Numbered from the stretch's first letter, positions 25,350-47,762 are shown. The stretch is DNA of 64,000 nucleotides from Trichosphaerium sp. ATCC 40318 (GCA_038496445.1 JALMLS010000196.1:1-64000); one strand, 5' to 3'. Notes: generated by a model from the sequence alone, not told the origin. Made by a program: numbers and translations.

Positions 25350-28300
25350 ATGGAGTATTTGCGTAAATGCATCAATGACAACAGCTCAGAGCGTAAACCT
25401 CTGTTGGCAGTACGAATAATTGTTAAACACCCAATAATAGTCATTGGGGTGTCTTTCGTGGTGATGATTGTACTTACTGCCGGTTACGTGACATGTTACT
25501 AAAAAATTAAACTGCCAAACATTAAAACCGTTTATAGTCGCCATTTCATTACCATTTACGCTTGATAAACGAACTGATAGCTTCCGCGTATTAAATCATC
25601 CTACAACACTTAACTATGACGCATACGATGTTGCAGGCGATGAAACTGATAGTCTGAGGGAGCTAGAGAACACAAGTACTGACATTTCTCAACAAAGCAA
25701 TTTTAGTACTAAACCAGGCGTATAACATTCCTAATTCGTAGATCTTAAAAGAGACACAACTGACAGGCTTCTTGAAAGGCGTAAAAGGTAAATTAATAAC
25801 TCCCTGATCTTAATATTTCAAGAACAGTGAATGAAATGACACTTTGTAAGCTTGGGTGGTTTGGAGGTCTTCTATGTAGCCAAGAACCCCAGTAAAAATA
25901 TATTAGAACCGGAGCTACTGAAAGAAATAAGAGAAATTGAAAAAATGATATTAGAGATGCCTGGCACGTGATTGGCTAGCAGAATAATTGAAAATAACGA
26001 AAAAAGTTAGGATATGACAAGTTTTGTAAGCTTCACGAGAAGAAAACTAGAGATGACAGGGACGGTAGTCATAATCTTCTACCTCCATACAAGGTCGAAT
26101 GCGAGTCACCTACTTCACTGATGAACTACTTTTATCCAACTCTAAATGCATCAGAAGATCGACACTTTAGACTATATGATGTCTCTGATTTTGTAAGTAC
26201 AGCCCAAGTCAATCATGCAATCACTTATTGTTGTGCTAGGATGGTAAAGGAACAAAATTATACCCTATATTTGATATTTCTCAAGTGATTGCTTACAGCG
26301 GGTTAAAATCCCTTGTCTGTACGTCCACGCAATCAACACTATTTTTGTAATTTTTTTTACAATTTTTTAGCGAGTAAGTTCAACACATGGTATAGGCGCT
26401 CTGTGGCTACTAGAAGCTTTTTTAGGTACACATAAAATTATAAAAGGAGAAATTGACACTATGATGTTAGTTGGGGTATGCCTCTTCCTGGTTATAACTC
26501 AACAGAAAATGAAGAAAAATACGAGATGCGTCTTGAGCTTACAGATTGGATCAAGGCACTTTCACCAAAACTGAAAAAGGCGTCCACAGAGAATATTGAT
26601 GTGTTCTGGCAAGGTGAGATTACTTTGTTTTCGTGGATTGTATTGGGGTTTGTTGTTTGCTTATAATTTTAAGGTACTGCTATAACAAGCTGGGAAATTG
26701 ATTCTATTATTCTTCATGATGCTTTATTTGCTCTTGGTTCGATATCTATGATATTTATATGGATGTTATTCCATACTAGATCTGTTATACTATCTATTGC
26801 AGGCTTATTCCATGTCATAATGTCGATACCAACGCACGTTTTTAAGTTTTATGGAGTTGTGGTTTTGATGGTTTTTTTAATTACTTTCCAAGCTCATCTT
26901 CTCCTTCTAGTGCGTATTTCTTCTTGCGTGTCATTGGAAATGTTCAAACAATTGGTATTTTGCATTGTATGGTATTGTTTATAATCTTGGGTATTGGATG
27001 TGATGGTACGCACTTATTTTCTGGAATCTGGAAAGAGGTAATTAGCTAATTGGCTTGTGTTAGATATCTTTATTTTTATCGATGCTTGGAAGCAATCTGT
27101 TTATCAAGGTCCTAAAGTGACTGGTACATTAATGCACAGAATGGATTGGTATGTTTATTATGATGTACTGGTTAAACTCAAAGCATTTCAGGGTGTACAG
27201 GCGTTCAGCTTACACTATGTTCATAACATCGTTTACAACTGCTGCAGCTTTCTACTCAAACAGTATATCACCTATTGTGCCTATTCGTCTGTTTGGTATA
27301 TTCATGGTATGTACGAATACATTTCTGTGTAGGAACACTAAATGTCTTTGCCAGGGTACAATTGTAATGACAAACTATATTCTTGTTATTACATGGTAAA
27401 AGTGCCGAACTAGTGTAAGTTTCTGTGGTTTATTTATCTGTTGATTTATAGGTATCCTGCTATCGTAGTCGTATGGGATCGGTATTGTAACTGCTCTCTA
27501 CCATGTAAAAAAGACAAAGATGGAAAACATAGCGACCATACAATAATACAGAACCAGGATAGCGATGATGACAATGAAGATATTCCATTACAAGTGCTGG
27601 ATGACGACAGTACTACACTTTCCCTTTACCAAATAACGTCTTACTGATACAATAGGCTTGGATGAAAACGACAGTACCACATTAGTGCCTATCGTTCAAA
27701 AGGGTTAGTAGTTGGGTTGACAGTTGTCCTTATTAACAACTGTTAAAGATGTACACAAGCAAGAGCCAGTAAAAGAAGATTTGAGACTTCTTGAACGATA
27801 CTTCTTCTTTAGACACGTGCCTTTTTTGAATAAGTACCGTTACGCCATCGTAATCTTATTTGCAATAATAATTGTGCGTTCAGAATTACTTCCTGCAGGA
27901 ACCAGTGTCTTAGTTTTAACATCGTCATAGGGCGTATGTCTTTATTTTACTATAACTGGGTTGAAGCCACATACTGGTTTGATACTCTTTTTTCCTAAGC
28001 ATGTACGTACATATTTATTGTCTATTAGATCTTATTTTCGTGTACTAATGCTTTATTCTTAGCATCGTCTTTCTCAAGCTGATATATTGGAAACTGAGGT
28101 GTTCAAGAAGGAAGATTGGTATCAATCTGTATGGATTTGATTTTTTTCTTTCAAGTTTGTTGGCTCCTTTTTAATTAATGCTGGTATAGATACATTTAGT
28201 TTGGGGTGTGAAAGGTATAGATAGGTCCCATATTGATGTTTATAATCCTCAAGATAAAGGTGATGTTGTCTGGTACGAGTTTTTTTACACTCTTTTTTTT

Positions 28301-29902
28301 TCTTTAAATCGAAAAGTTTAATGACAATTAAGGGATCCCTCGTTTGATTTAGCAGCTCCGGATAGCCAGCAGTATATATTAGATATTTGTGAAGCAGCAA
28401 AGACCGCTAAAATGGCAGATGGAGCATCACTTGTCCGCAATGTAAGTGGAGCTAGTGTTTTTGTTCTTCTTGTCATTTTATCTTGTAGGCTGAAAAACCA
28501 GTCACGTGCTTTATGGAGGGATTCAAAAAGTACCAAGAAATACACGGACACTCATTTCCAGTCAATTCTAAGCCAGAATTTTGGACACAATTCAAGAAGT
28601 TCCTGAGAAAGCAACCAAAGAATGAAACAGAAGACAAACTTGATAGAAACGACTATAGGTACCAGATTTCTTGTTATTTCCTCTGATTATATTCCTAAGA
28701 AATCAACTGGGATGGACTGATACTCCGAAAGGAGTAGAACAGGAGTTACTCTTTGCTACAATATCAGTTAAAACGCCACTCATTGGTACAATAAAGAGAT
28801 CTGCATATTTCTCGGCAATAATGTGGCTTTTTCTTTTAGACACAATGTCAGGTTCAGAGCGCCTTCTACATTATGAGGGTAAGTACCAAACAAAGCAATA
28901 CCTCATCTAATCATTGGATAGGGTGGAAGACTTTCCTAGAAAACCATGCAGCTAAAGCACCTGCTGGAGCTAAGAATTCTTTTGTCGCAAACGAGTCTTG
29001 GGTTATTGCTACAGTAGAGAATACTCTCATCAGAACAGCAGCAATTGTGCGGATGTTTCACCCTAAGAATGCCAGAATCTCATTTAACCTTTAGGGTGCA
29101 ACACTTTCTGTAGCATTTGCTTTTGTTGTACTCCTGTTATCAACATTGTAAGGATCTTCCTAGTTCTTGAATCTTTTTTATCAGCAATTTCTGCTTTCAA
29201 TTGGTTTTTTTTGCTTACCGCTTGTGTAGGAATATTTTTGTTGCTCTGTACTCTACAGTAAGTATCATATTCGTTGTTATTACCCTCCTTGGATATATGT
29301 CTATTATTTCATGGCGAATAGGTATGATTTGACATTTAGTAGTACCTTCAGTTGATACTTTTTCAAAGGCATCATTGAGTCCGTATCCTTGACTGTGATT
29401 GTTGGTCTCAGCGTAGATTACAGTGTCCATCTCGCTGTTTCATATATGAAAGCAATTCAAGACCCTGAGCTAAAAAATGCTTCTAGAAAGGAAATTATGC
29501 AACACGCTATGCTTGAGATTGGTACAAGTTTAAAACTGTTTTTGAAAAAACAACCCAGTTTTTTCTTTTTCTTTCAGGAAAAAAATGAGAAAATGCTTAT
29601 TGTTGCTGTTTAGGCATTAGTATACTTGGTGGTGCTATAACAACTGCAAGTTCAGTCTTCATGCTATTTTTTGCGACGATCACATTCTTTTCAAAGGTAC
29701 AAAACGAAGAATATCATAACATCTGTGAGATTTACTGATTTTTTCTGTTTTTTAGTTTGGTCTGTTTGTCTTCATTAATATCGTTTCCTCATTAATCTTA
29801 TCTCTCATTTTCTTGTGTACTTTACTACTCGTTATTGGCCCTCTTGGAAAGATGGGTGATTTGGTTTACATTACTAAACGGATATTTTGTTGTAAACAAT
29901 AA
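25350..29902 (+). CDS. Dispatched/Patched-family RND membrane protein with sterol-sensing domain (about 30 exons)
   Basis: N-terminal TM segment; IILGIGCDDIFIFIDAWKQS, TSFTTAAAF, IRLFGIF; second repeat VGLSVDYSVHLA, ILGGAITTA; ends FCCKQ*. Confidence 0.85.
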
Positions 29903-30808
29903 TAATAGAGTTGTAAAAGTTAAAAAACAATTAGTAGTGAGCTACAACAATTGCACCAACAGGTCCACCAACAGTTCCAATTTCTCCTTCATATGATTCC
30001 AGCACACACGCTGGATTTGTTCCTTCAGTGGCTCAGTGTATGTACTTTTGATAGCGCTTACACTTTAAGAATCAGATCAAAAACGCACAACCTATTTATA
30101 ATCCAACTCATTTGACTGAATAAAGTTGCTTACGCTCCTGGTAAACGGTACAAAACGCATGAAAAAGCTGTGAACGTATATTCTTACACACCCTACAAAA
30201 TGCGACTATTAACTACGCTACGTATTCTCTGCGCGTAGAATATGTCATTGGAAGTAATAAAACGTTCGTACAATGTACTGATACTGATGCTTGAAGAAAA
30301 ACTCAAGTTATCTGTGCTTGGCCTACAGCACAAGGCTCATGGTATTTTAAGGTCTGTTTTTACTTTTGTGTAGTTGTTGTAGTTTTTGAGTATTATATGT
30401 TACTTTCGTACATCACGAGCGCATAGGTAAGGCTAAAAGAACGATTCGGAAAAAAGCGCCAAATATTTAAATATTAGCGCGCTTCTTTACAAAAAGTGTT
30501 GCTAATGTCATTGATCCAGTGCATACATCTGTGCTGTTTGTCGTAAGATTATTCATGACTTTTTTAATTAAAATGTAGTAGTTGCCGTATCCCTTTTTCT
30601 CCGAGAACAACTACAACGCTTTGATTAGGTTCACATTGGCACCACAGTGTGTTTGGGGTGATACGTTAAAAATAAAACTCTGAGAAAAATAACCAACAGT
30701 CGTTGAATGCAGTTATCATTTGCATTTCTCAACTTTCCTGGACAAGAAACTACACGAGTTTCAAAAAGACACAAATCATCTACTCAAACCGATTAAACAC
30801 CTCATCCA

Positions 30809-31276
30809 ATGTTCGACACAATCAGACAACGCTTCAACACATTCTGCAACGTATTCAAGAAGAACGGAAAGCGATCTAAACCGAAGCACACCCTCGACAC
30901 TGACAATATTCTCGGAGAAGACACCAATGGCACTGTCTACGCTCACACGAACAGTCACAGCCAAGAGACTACGAAGATAAAAGTAGTTCACGATGACCTG
31001 CCCAAAACAGAAATCAAACGACACAAGAGGATCCTCCGACGCAAGGCAAAGATCAAGGGCAAGACACAGTGTGAAAACACAGTGCAACCTTCAAAGGAGC
31101 TTAAAACCGGCCCAAAAGTGCCAACCGTCACATTACCAGTGGCTACAAGCGATACAACCACTTTGGCAACAGACCAGCAACTCTTGGTGGTGAATCTTTC
31201 TGAAGAAGCTGCCGATAGTCTGTTTTGTGAAGTGTTTGAGGAATGGGCTCTTGAACAAGGGATAAACTTGTCCTAG
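30809..31276 (+). CDS. Hypothetical basic protein (intronless)
   Basis: 155-aa ATG ORF with coding-like composition, followed by AATAAA; no recognised domain. Confidence 0.45.
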   Translation: MFDTIRQRFNTFCNVFKKNGKRSKPKHTLDTDNILGEDTNGTVYAHTNSHSQETTKIKVVHDDLPKTEIKRHKRILRRKAKIKGKTQCENTVQPSKELKTGPKVPTVTLPVATSDTTTLATDQQLLVVNLSEEAADSLFCEVFEEWALEQGINLS

Positions 31277-31815
31277 ACTAACTCACAAACAACAAATGTA
31301 AATAAAAAAATACTTGTACTTTTAAACTTGTTTTGTTAACTACTTGAAAAAAGAAGTTAATTCGATTGTTAAAGTCCCACACGAGCACAGAAAAAATTCA
31401 AAATATATTATTCTTTTTTCAATCTCGGGCTAAGTCTGACACACGTATGGCTAGCCCATCAGGAGTACAATAATATTTGCCTGTACATGTGAGTAACAGC
31501 AATATCTCTGTTCAATTTGTAGAGCGCTTGAACAATCGCCACCTTTGATGGAGCATCTCCTGTTATAAGCTGTTAATATTTCCAATGGAGCCACAATCAA
31601 GTAGAAGTTGCCGTTCTGTTTCGTCCCTTGTGACATTTGTACCCATGTTCTACTTCGACAACACATAGAAAAGTTGTGAAAAACAACAAACAATACTTCG
31701 TTCATGGCTGATTGCATGTGAGTGAGGTTTGCCCCAAGTACAACAATACGATGCATGTGCTAAAATACAGAGGTGCTTTATTTATTCCTTTTTTGTTTTT
31801 CTCAAAAAAATCTTA

Positions 31816-33065
31816 TTAATAGTCTACTAGTTTACAAGAAATATCTTCCTTTGAAGAAGTTGCAACAACCTGAATTCTAGGCCTATCATTCTCTTCTCTC
31901 CTCCGAGCAACAAGAACAGATTGATCCATACCTTGTTTTAAAGCTTTGGTCAATAACTTTCTTCGAGCTGTACGCCTTGCACCAGGATTACCAAAGATTG
32001 ATGCTGATTTCAGTTTATACTTTGTTAACTTCATTTGTTTCTTATAGTTTGCTTTGCCAGTCTTGAAAGACACCCTCGAGGCCATCTTAGAGTCTTCTTC
32101 AGATGCATCAAGTAGAGGAATTGCTAAACCTCTTGAACGCGCTTCTTCCACTCTTTTCGCTGCCCTTTTCTTGTTTTGACGGAATCCCTTGCGTATCTGA
32201 CGAGAAAGAGCCCAATCGTTTTCTGATTTGTTCGTTTGAATCTTATACAGGAGGCTTATTTCTGGTGCTTCTTGTACAGCAACTATCTCGTCTTTTTTAA
32301 GGTTTTCAAGCTTAGCAAAAGGATCTGTTGCGATTCTACAAAAACCTGTGAGAAGACAGTACGCCAAAACTACACGCGCCAAAAGCACTAGGCATTTAAA
32401 GAACTGGTTTCAACAAACAAGTAGCTATCTCGACTTACTTTTCTTTTAATTCATTTTCCATCAATTTTATCGTCCCTGTTTCTTTTCCAGCCTCCCATGT
32501 CTCCACCTTTTTACGTACACCTGATATAAACGCGTAATCATAGTTCTAGTAGATTGTTTGTTAGCATTCTGTCTTTGAGCTCTTGGAGTGTTATGAGGAT
32601 ATTTAACTTACTTGTGGGTCTGTCCTAACAACCATCTTTCCTTGGCATAAGTGACAGGTCATACGGAACTCCCAAATCTTTGTTGTAAAGTAATTTCCAA
32701 CACATTGTTTCTCGGCGTTATAACGGACTCCTTTACCAATGTGTTCGTTACAATGAGTACACCAAACGTTGTAGGGCATTTCATAGCTATTTTGAAGTTA
32801 GCTTTGCGTGGTTTTTTTTTTATATTGCGTGTTTTTGTGTCGTACCGTACTACCATGATCCCTTGTTTGATTTTACGAGCTCTTTCGCGCAATGGATGAG
32901 AATTGTGATATGTGTTTAAAGAACCCTATTTTACGCGTCAACGACGTATAAATAATCAGTTCGTACCATTTTGGGCTCCCATTGTGGTGGATAATATTTA
33001 TTGGTGGCTTTACGATCAGACTAAATTCATTTAGCAATATGGTTAACGTATTACGAACACACCAT
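31816..33065 (-). CDS. YJU2B: Splicing factor YJU2B/CCDC130 (Saf4/Yju2 family)
   Basis: MSDRKATNKYYPPQW, HPLRERARKIKQGIMVVR-FEMPYNVWC, GKGVRYNAEK, RTDP, DPFAKLE; exon 1 is the ATG only. Confidence 0.9.
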
Positions 33066-33334
33066 TTGTTTAGATGTGTCTTCTTAGTTAACGACCAATG
33101 TGAAAACTCAATGCAATTTTGAATTAAGCAAGTACGAACTTAAGATGCCTTTCTCCTTGCTTTTCACAGCTTACAAGGTGTTCTTCTATTACATGTAAAC
33201 AACCTACGTGTGTCATGTTGCACAAGTCACAAAATAGTTTCATCAGGTTCAGAGCACTTGCAATGCGACAACATTTTACCTTTGGTTTAAATTTTATTGT
33301 ACAACTTTTTTTTTTCTTTTTTTTTTTCAATTTG

Positions 33335-36300
33335 TTATTCAGACAGATCATCATCTTCAATCCAAGATACAGCATCTCTTATAGAATTAAATGATACAGG
33401 CTTAGACAAGAATATATCTATCCCAGCATTATTACACTTTCGTTTTGTCTTATCTGTAACATCTGCTGTAACAGCAAATATTTTTGGTGCTGTAGATCCA
33501 TACTTAACTCGTATTGCTTCAGCTGCTTCTAATCCACTCAAAATAGGCATATGCAAGTCCTAAATACCAAATAATTATAAACCTGTCCTTGTAGAAGAAG
33601 AACTTACCATAAAAATAGCATCAAACTGTTCACCAGTTGCTAAAGAAAAAAAAAAGTGAGCCATTTGGATTTTTTTTGGATGATTGCAAGTAATGCGTTA
33701 CCTAGAATATCTAAAACTTCTTGTCCATTTTCAGCAAATGTACAACGATGACGTAAACGTCTTAAAATCATTGCCATAACTTTTCGATTTACCAAGTTAT
33801 CCTCAGCTACCTAGAAGGAAAAAAAGAAATGAGCAAAAAAAGTATGCCAAAAAGTTAACTCAAACTATCGTACGAGAATATGTAATCCATCATATAAATC
33901 AGAGTTTCCTGTACTCAATGACCGAGAACGTGTTCCAAATTTTCTCGTTAAAGGTGAAGAATTACGTGATCCCTTGCTCTCTAAGCATGATGTTAAAAAA
34001 AAAAGTTGTTATAATTGTAGTAAACAATATCGTTCAAATTCTCGCTTTTTGTTTCACCCACGCCTTGAAAACACTATTTTTATAAAATAAAATAATAATA
34101 CATAAGGTCTTTATATCGGCGGAGGAACAAAAAGGTAGGACTTGAACGATAGAATTGTATTTGTTTGGTTAAACAAAAAACTTTCCAAAAAAAAAAAAAG
34201 TCGTACGATGTTTGTTGGCTACTATGGCAAAGTAAAATGTAGCACCTCTAGTAATTGAGGTATCCAACCAAATGGAACCACCCATTAATTTTACAAAATT
34301 ATGACATATATTCAAGCCAAGACCAGCACCACCTTCGTTGAAGATAGGAGATGCCCATTTTTGGAAAAGGATCTTTGATTTGCTTATTGGTATACCTGGA
34401 CCGTTATCTTTAACAGAACACTATCAAAAATGTCAGTAAAAATAACCTCAAAGAAACTAGCTATGATGCAAATTCTAAAAAAATTTCATTGAAAAAATCT
34501 ATAAAAGGAGACGAGAGCTGAGCAAGTTGACCTTCGAGTCAAAGAAGTACAATTTTTTGTGTCAATAGCAAGTTGAATATTGATAATAGGTTTTTTAAAT
34601 GTAGACTTTTGTTTGCTGCGTATTTTGAGATCAAAAAAAGAGAAAAGAAAAAAGGAAGAAAGTTGCGGATCAAAAAGGGACGCACCAGGAGGCAATCATT
34701 ATGTTCTAAGATTTTTTTGACCTGTTTGAATTTACATTTATTACTACCTTTAGTGAAATGCCGTAGGTCTAGAGTAATCTCTTCACCACAAGGAGAGAAT
34801 TTAATAGAATTCGAAATTAAGTTAATCAAGATTTGCTTAAGTTTCGTTTTGTCTCCAAGTATCCTTAGTGGCCCAACAAGCGATCGTTTCAATGTAATAT
34901 TCTTTGGTATAGCTATAGGAGAACATACCAAAAAGGTATCCATGGCTAATTTATCAACCTTCAGCGTGTCAGAAAACGAAAAACAAAAAAAAATGCACTT
35001 ACAGATACAACATCTTTGCGTGCTGTTAACATTCCTTCTTCGATCTTACGTACTTCAATTATATTATTTACCTTAACGCATATAAGACGTAAATACAACA
35101 AGAAAATAAAAGCGGTAAACGTGGAATAACGTACAAGTGCTAGAAGTAATTGTGATGAACTTAAAATGATAGTTAACTTTTCTATAGACTCTTCTTTGGA
35201 CTCTACAGTGCCATTTTCAAAAATGTCAAGTAAGGTTGTTGTAGTCCCGATAATACCTAAAAAATGGATTGGTACTCATCAATACAGAATTACAAGTTCA
35301 TACCATTTAACGGCGTCCGCAGCTCATGAGAAACAGTAGTAACAAATTCAGCTTTAAGTTGATTTGCTAACACTATACGCTTGGCTTGTTCAAGCTCTTT
35401 TCGCATGCTAAATGATTCTGTAACATCTTGCTGAATAGCTACAAAGCTAATTATCTCACCAGTTTTCTTGTCTTTTACAGGGTTGATCTGTAAACTGACC
35501 TAAAAATACATTAATACTTGAGTATTAACTACTTCCCAAAAGAAAAAGAAATCAATAAAAAATGTACGAACCTCAATCTCAGAGCCATCTTTTTTGTAGT
35601 TTGTTATATTAACATGACAATCTCTACCCTCACTGAGGCACTCTCTCATCTTCTTAACAGTTGCAGGATTTGTTTTAGGGCCTTAAAAAAGCGATAAGGA
35701 TCAGTTTTTGTAGACTTTGTTAGTTTTGTTGATTCCAAAGAAGAACATGGTACACTTGTACCTTGTAATACTTGACTTGGTCGTTTACCCACAATATCTT
35801 CTGGCTCCCAACCTATAGTAAACTAAGAAAATGATATGTCTCAGACTAAATGTCAGATGTCAAACGCAAAGAAATTCGTATTTTATACAGATTAGTGAAG
35901 ACTTTGTGAGTTTCTAATTGGCGAAAGCTTATGATGTGTACCTGTAACTTTAGTGAAAGCATCATTAACAAAAGTCGTCAACTGGTTTTTATCTGTAACA
36001 ATGCAAGCAGTATTTGTAATATTAATTATTCTATTGACTAGTCTCAACTGCTCTTCAGCCTCACGCTGTTGTTTTCTTAGAACACTAATTACATTCTGTC
36101 TCTTTGTAAAATCGCAACTGACTCCAACAATACCAACCATATTACCTAAAAATAAATAGTGTCAGTCACTAGAAAACCAATGGCTTGCTTTTAACTTTTT
36201 TGCAAGGCAGGAAAAAATGAGCTGAGCATTTGATTTTCCCAGCTTACCATTTTCGTCCATAAGCGCAGAATCGTTTACAAAAAGCGTTAAGATGCTCCTA

Positions 36301-37140
36301 CAAATATTTAATACCATAATAAGTAATCATTTATACATACTTATCCTTTCTATGTGCATCAAAGCATCCACACCAACTTTGTCCTCTAATAATAAAAACC
36401 GTCAATTTTTTTAGATGATAACAAAAACACTTTTGCTCAAAGTCTTACGCTTGTAGTGCCTTCATAATCTCATTTGCCTTTTTAGAAAGAGAGAAGTAAG
36501 TCATTTATATGGTTATTCGTTTGTAGTTACCTGTTCCAATGAAGTTGTAGGTGAGAGTACGTCAATAATGCTTTTACCTAATACCTCTTCTTTTCTCCAT
36601 CCTACAACACATACAAAATGAGATGATTACAGAAAAGATAGGTAAAAACAAACTAAATAAAAAACAGCCCAACTAGGCGAGATATGAGGGTTTTTGTTCG
36701 AGACGCCAAATTTATCGTTTTGTGTATTCTCAAATTCTCCATTTTAATTTTCTTGTATCCCTTGATGTATTCCAAGCATATTTAAAGCGTTTAAAAGCAT
36801 TTTCATACCAAAAAGTGTCTCCGCGAAGTCATTCCAATACATGATATTTCCTTGTAGATCTGTGCATATCACCTTGTTTAAATGAGTGGTTAACGCTGAT
36901 AATAAACAGTTACCGATTGATCAATAGATTTAAGTATTCGTGCAGCGCTTGCTGTTGATTTACTGTTGCCTACAGAGGCGTAAACAATTATTTCAACGGA
37001 GTTTTCGAACCTGCTAATAAAATGGTGCCAAACACTTGAAGCACAACGTACATAAATAACATACCGCCAATAAACGCTGTTAAAAGAAGCGCAAGCATTA
37101 CCGGCTCGGCCAACGCAGTTGTAAGGTATGTCCACAACAT
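33335..37140 (-). CDS. Hybrid sensor histidine kinase: N-terminal TM, two PAS domains, HisKA, HATPase, receiver
   Basis: VSHELRTPLNG (H box), QILINLISNSIKFS (N), VKDNGPGIP (G1), GAGLGLNIC (G2), receiver AEDNLVN...FMDLHMP...AVTAD...SKP; start inferred at 37140 (MLWTYL...). Confidence 0.9.
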
Positions 37141-37642
37141 TTCTCAATAGAGGTCGTATGGCACTACTCACAGCATAAACAATACGTTTGAGCTCCTCAC
37201 AAGCGTTTTATTTTAAACAGTCAAAAACATTAAACTTAACTCACCTTTAATTGGCTAAACTGCAACTAAACAGCGCGTACTACAATCAGTATCAATGCTT
37301 CTATAAACTAGCCTTTCCAGATTAACCTAAAATCCGTTGCTGCAGGCTAAAAACATGCACAAACTAGTTCAAACATTCCACACTCCGCGGAAATACCAGA
37401 AATACCATTAAAGTATAACCCAAGATATTTCCGCGGAGCTGGGTACACATAAAACCTGTACTTACGTTGTTAAGGTCAGCAATATTTATTGATACAAAAA
37501 CGGAGCTGGACAGCTAGACCATGATATTATTAATCCCAGCACTGTACAGGTCTACTCCCGCCTCTCCTTATAGCGTTAAAAAAAGCAAGAATGCTTTTTT
37601 TTCTCTTTTCAAAAAAAAGTAGTAGATACCATGTTATCGTTA

Positions 37643-45466
<7,824 letters not shown>

Positions 45467-46211
45467 TAGGGCGAAGAATTAACACGCCCGCGCGTTCCCA
45501 AAGTACTTGTAGGTGGTTTGGTGGTTGCGGTCTGCTGTTTCTTCGCTTCGAGAAAAAAACGGCGAAAATATGCGAATTTTCGGTCACTAAAAGTGTCGCT
45601 AAGCACTGTAAACAAAAAAATAACCCCGCAATACCGACTCAACATTGAGCCGATTCACTTGCGCCGGCCTAAATTAGATGCGTAAATTATTGTGAGTTAT
45701 TTGCATAATATCTGAAGTATCTGCTTTACTGTGGGCTATGGGATACATTGTAGGTAGTTTTTTTAACATTTGCGCTTTGTCAAGTATACTATAGCCGATT
45801 AAACACTCACCAGAGTCGCTGCCTACTCAAAAGGTGCTACGCGCATTCAAAATCGCAAACAAAACGCGAACAAGTTTGTCTCTTTGAATAATCTCAAAAC
45901 AAACACATTCTCGTTCCACTGTTCGCGCTGATGTATTTCCGAACGTATTCGGAGGTTTGGGAGTACACACAGGACTGATTTGCTTATTTTGTGTTGAGCG
46001 GTTTGTTGGCGTCATTGTCTAAGAAATCATGCTGTTCAAAAAAGTTTTGGTGATAGTCTTGCAATGTATCGTCTAAATGAGCGTGAAGTAGTCTATTTAG
46101 TCGAACAATTAACGTGGTAATACTTGAAAACAATAGTGTCTGCTAAATTTTTAGTAACAGTAGTTTTTGGGTACAAAATCATCTCTTTTTGATGCTGTAG
46201 GTACTGCAGCG

Positions 46212-46223
46212 CACGTGACGTCA
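46212..46223. promoter_or_regulatory. Overlapping E-box (CACGTG) and CRE-like (TGACGTCA) palindromes in the divergent CHD/oxidoreductase intergenic region
   Basis: Sequence cacgtgacgtca about 150 bp upstream of the oxidoreductase ATG; function inferred only. Confidence 0.35.
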
Positions 46224-46362
46224 TTGCACTGTACGAACAACGCTACTGTTTGTGAGACATGTCGTGAGAGCACGGTATCAAATCTCCCTTCCTACTGCGT
46301 GCATAATTGCTAGTGCCCAAGATTAAGGCAAGTGAAGCTGACATTAACAGCTTTTTCTTCAC

Positions 46363-47762
46363 ATGCAAGCGATCGTAGTACCAGAGTTTCAACATCACAA
46401 CAAGTTGAAGGTTGGCAGAGTTCCAAAACCACAAGTTACAAGCGACGGCGATATTATTGTGCGAGTATACGCCGCTGGTGTTAATTTTTTTGATGGTTTG
46501 TTGGTTGCGGGTAAATACCAGGTTAGTTGTAACGTAATTTGAAATACTTGTTTGACACGAGGCAGGTAAAACCGCCTTTACCGTTTATTCCAGGCTCAGA
46601 ATATGCAGGCGTAGTTGAGGAAGTTGGAAAAGGTATTTGAAATTGTTGTTTAAACACATGTCGTTTACGCCTGCTGTTCGTTGCTTCAACGCCATTTTAC
46701 CTCGTTTTGGAGCGTATTTTTGAATGTAGAAACTCTGCTATGTTTTTATTCATCACTACATAGGCGTGACGCAGTTTAAACCAGGTGACAAGGTGTTCGG
46801 TAATAGTCTCGCTGGCTGTTTTGGTGAATACGTTAAAACATACTCTCCAATCCTATTTCACATTCCAACAGGCATGACATTCGCTCAAGTACGCTTGCAA
46901 CTCGGTAAAAATAAAAATACCAACGGTTTTAGGCTGCTGGTTTTACGGTCGTTTATGGCACGTCTTGGGCTGGTTTAAAATGGCGTGGGGACCTGAAACC
47001 TGGTGAAACAGTACTCATTCATGCTGCTGCAGGTGGTGTAGGCTTAGCTGCAGTTCAAATAGCGAAGGCTTTGGGTATACATCATTTTGTACTGTTGAAG
47101 CACTTACAACTTTTTTACCAGGTGCCAAGCAAATTATTGCGACTGCTGGAAGCCCTGAGAAGCTAGCCATAGCGAAAGCGAATGGTGCAGACGAAGTACG
47201 GAGTATCCATGAACTGCAGAGGTTAATGAAATTCCTGTAATAGGTCATCAACTACAACACTGAGGATTTTGTAAAACGTGTCAAGAAAATAACTAATGGT
47301 CGCGGTGTTGATGTGTGCTATGATCCTGTTGGAGGAGATGTTTTCAAAAAGTCTCTTCGTTGTCTTGCTTGGGGTGGACGTAAGTCAATAGTGCTTCGTG
47401 TCCTTTATACTCATCTTTGGGTAGGTGTTGTCGTTGTTGGATTCCCGGCTGGTATACCTAAAATTGCTACAAACTATTTGTTATTGAAGAGTATTAGTGT
47501 CGTTGGGTAACCTTGGTATTGTGGTTTTCTTTTGTCTCACGCTTGTGATAGGTTACATTGGGGCGCATATCAAAAGCATAGTATGAAAGAGTGGCGCACA
47601 ACAGTCACAGAGTGTTGTAAGATGTTCATTGAAGGCAAGGTGAAGCCGATTGTTTACAAAACATATAGCCTTGAGAATACACCAAAAGCTATTGATGATA
47701 TCACTGAAAGAAAGACGTATGGTAAATGTATAATAGTAGTAGCAAAAGAAAGTAAGATGTAA
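46363..47762 (+). CDS. NADPH:quinone oxidoreductase (zeta-crystallin-like MDR family), probably peroxisomal
   Basis: AAGVNFFD, PPLPFIPGSEYAG, VLIHAAAGGVGLAAVQIAK, YDPVGG; C-terminal SKM* is PTS1-like. Confidence 0.92.

Noticed and set aside
31451-31756. 101-aa ORF as a gene
   Set aside because: No recognisable motif or clear coding composition; lies immediately 3' of YJU2B and may be chance
35440-35820. LOV blue-light photoreceptor
   Set aside because: The photoactive Cys of GxNCRFLQ is absent (GKRPSQVLQG)
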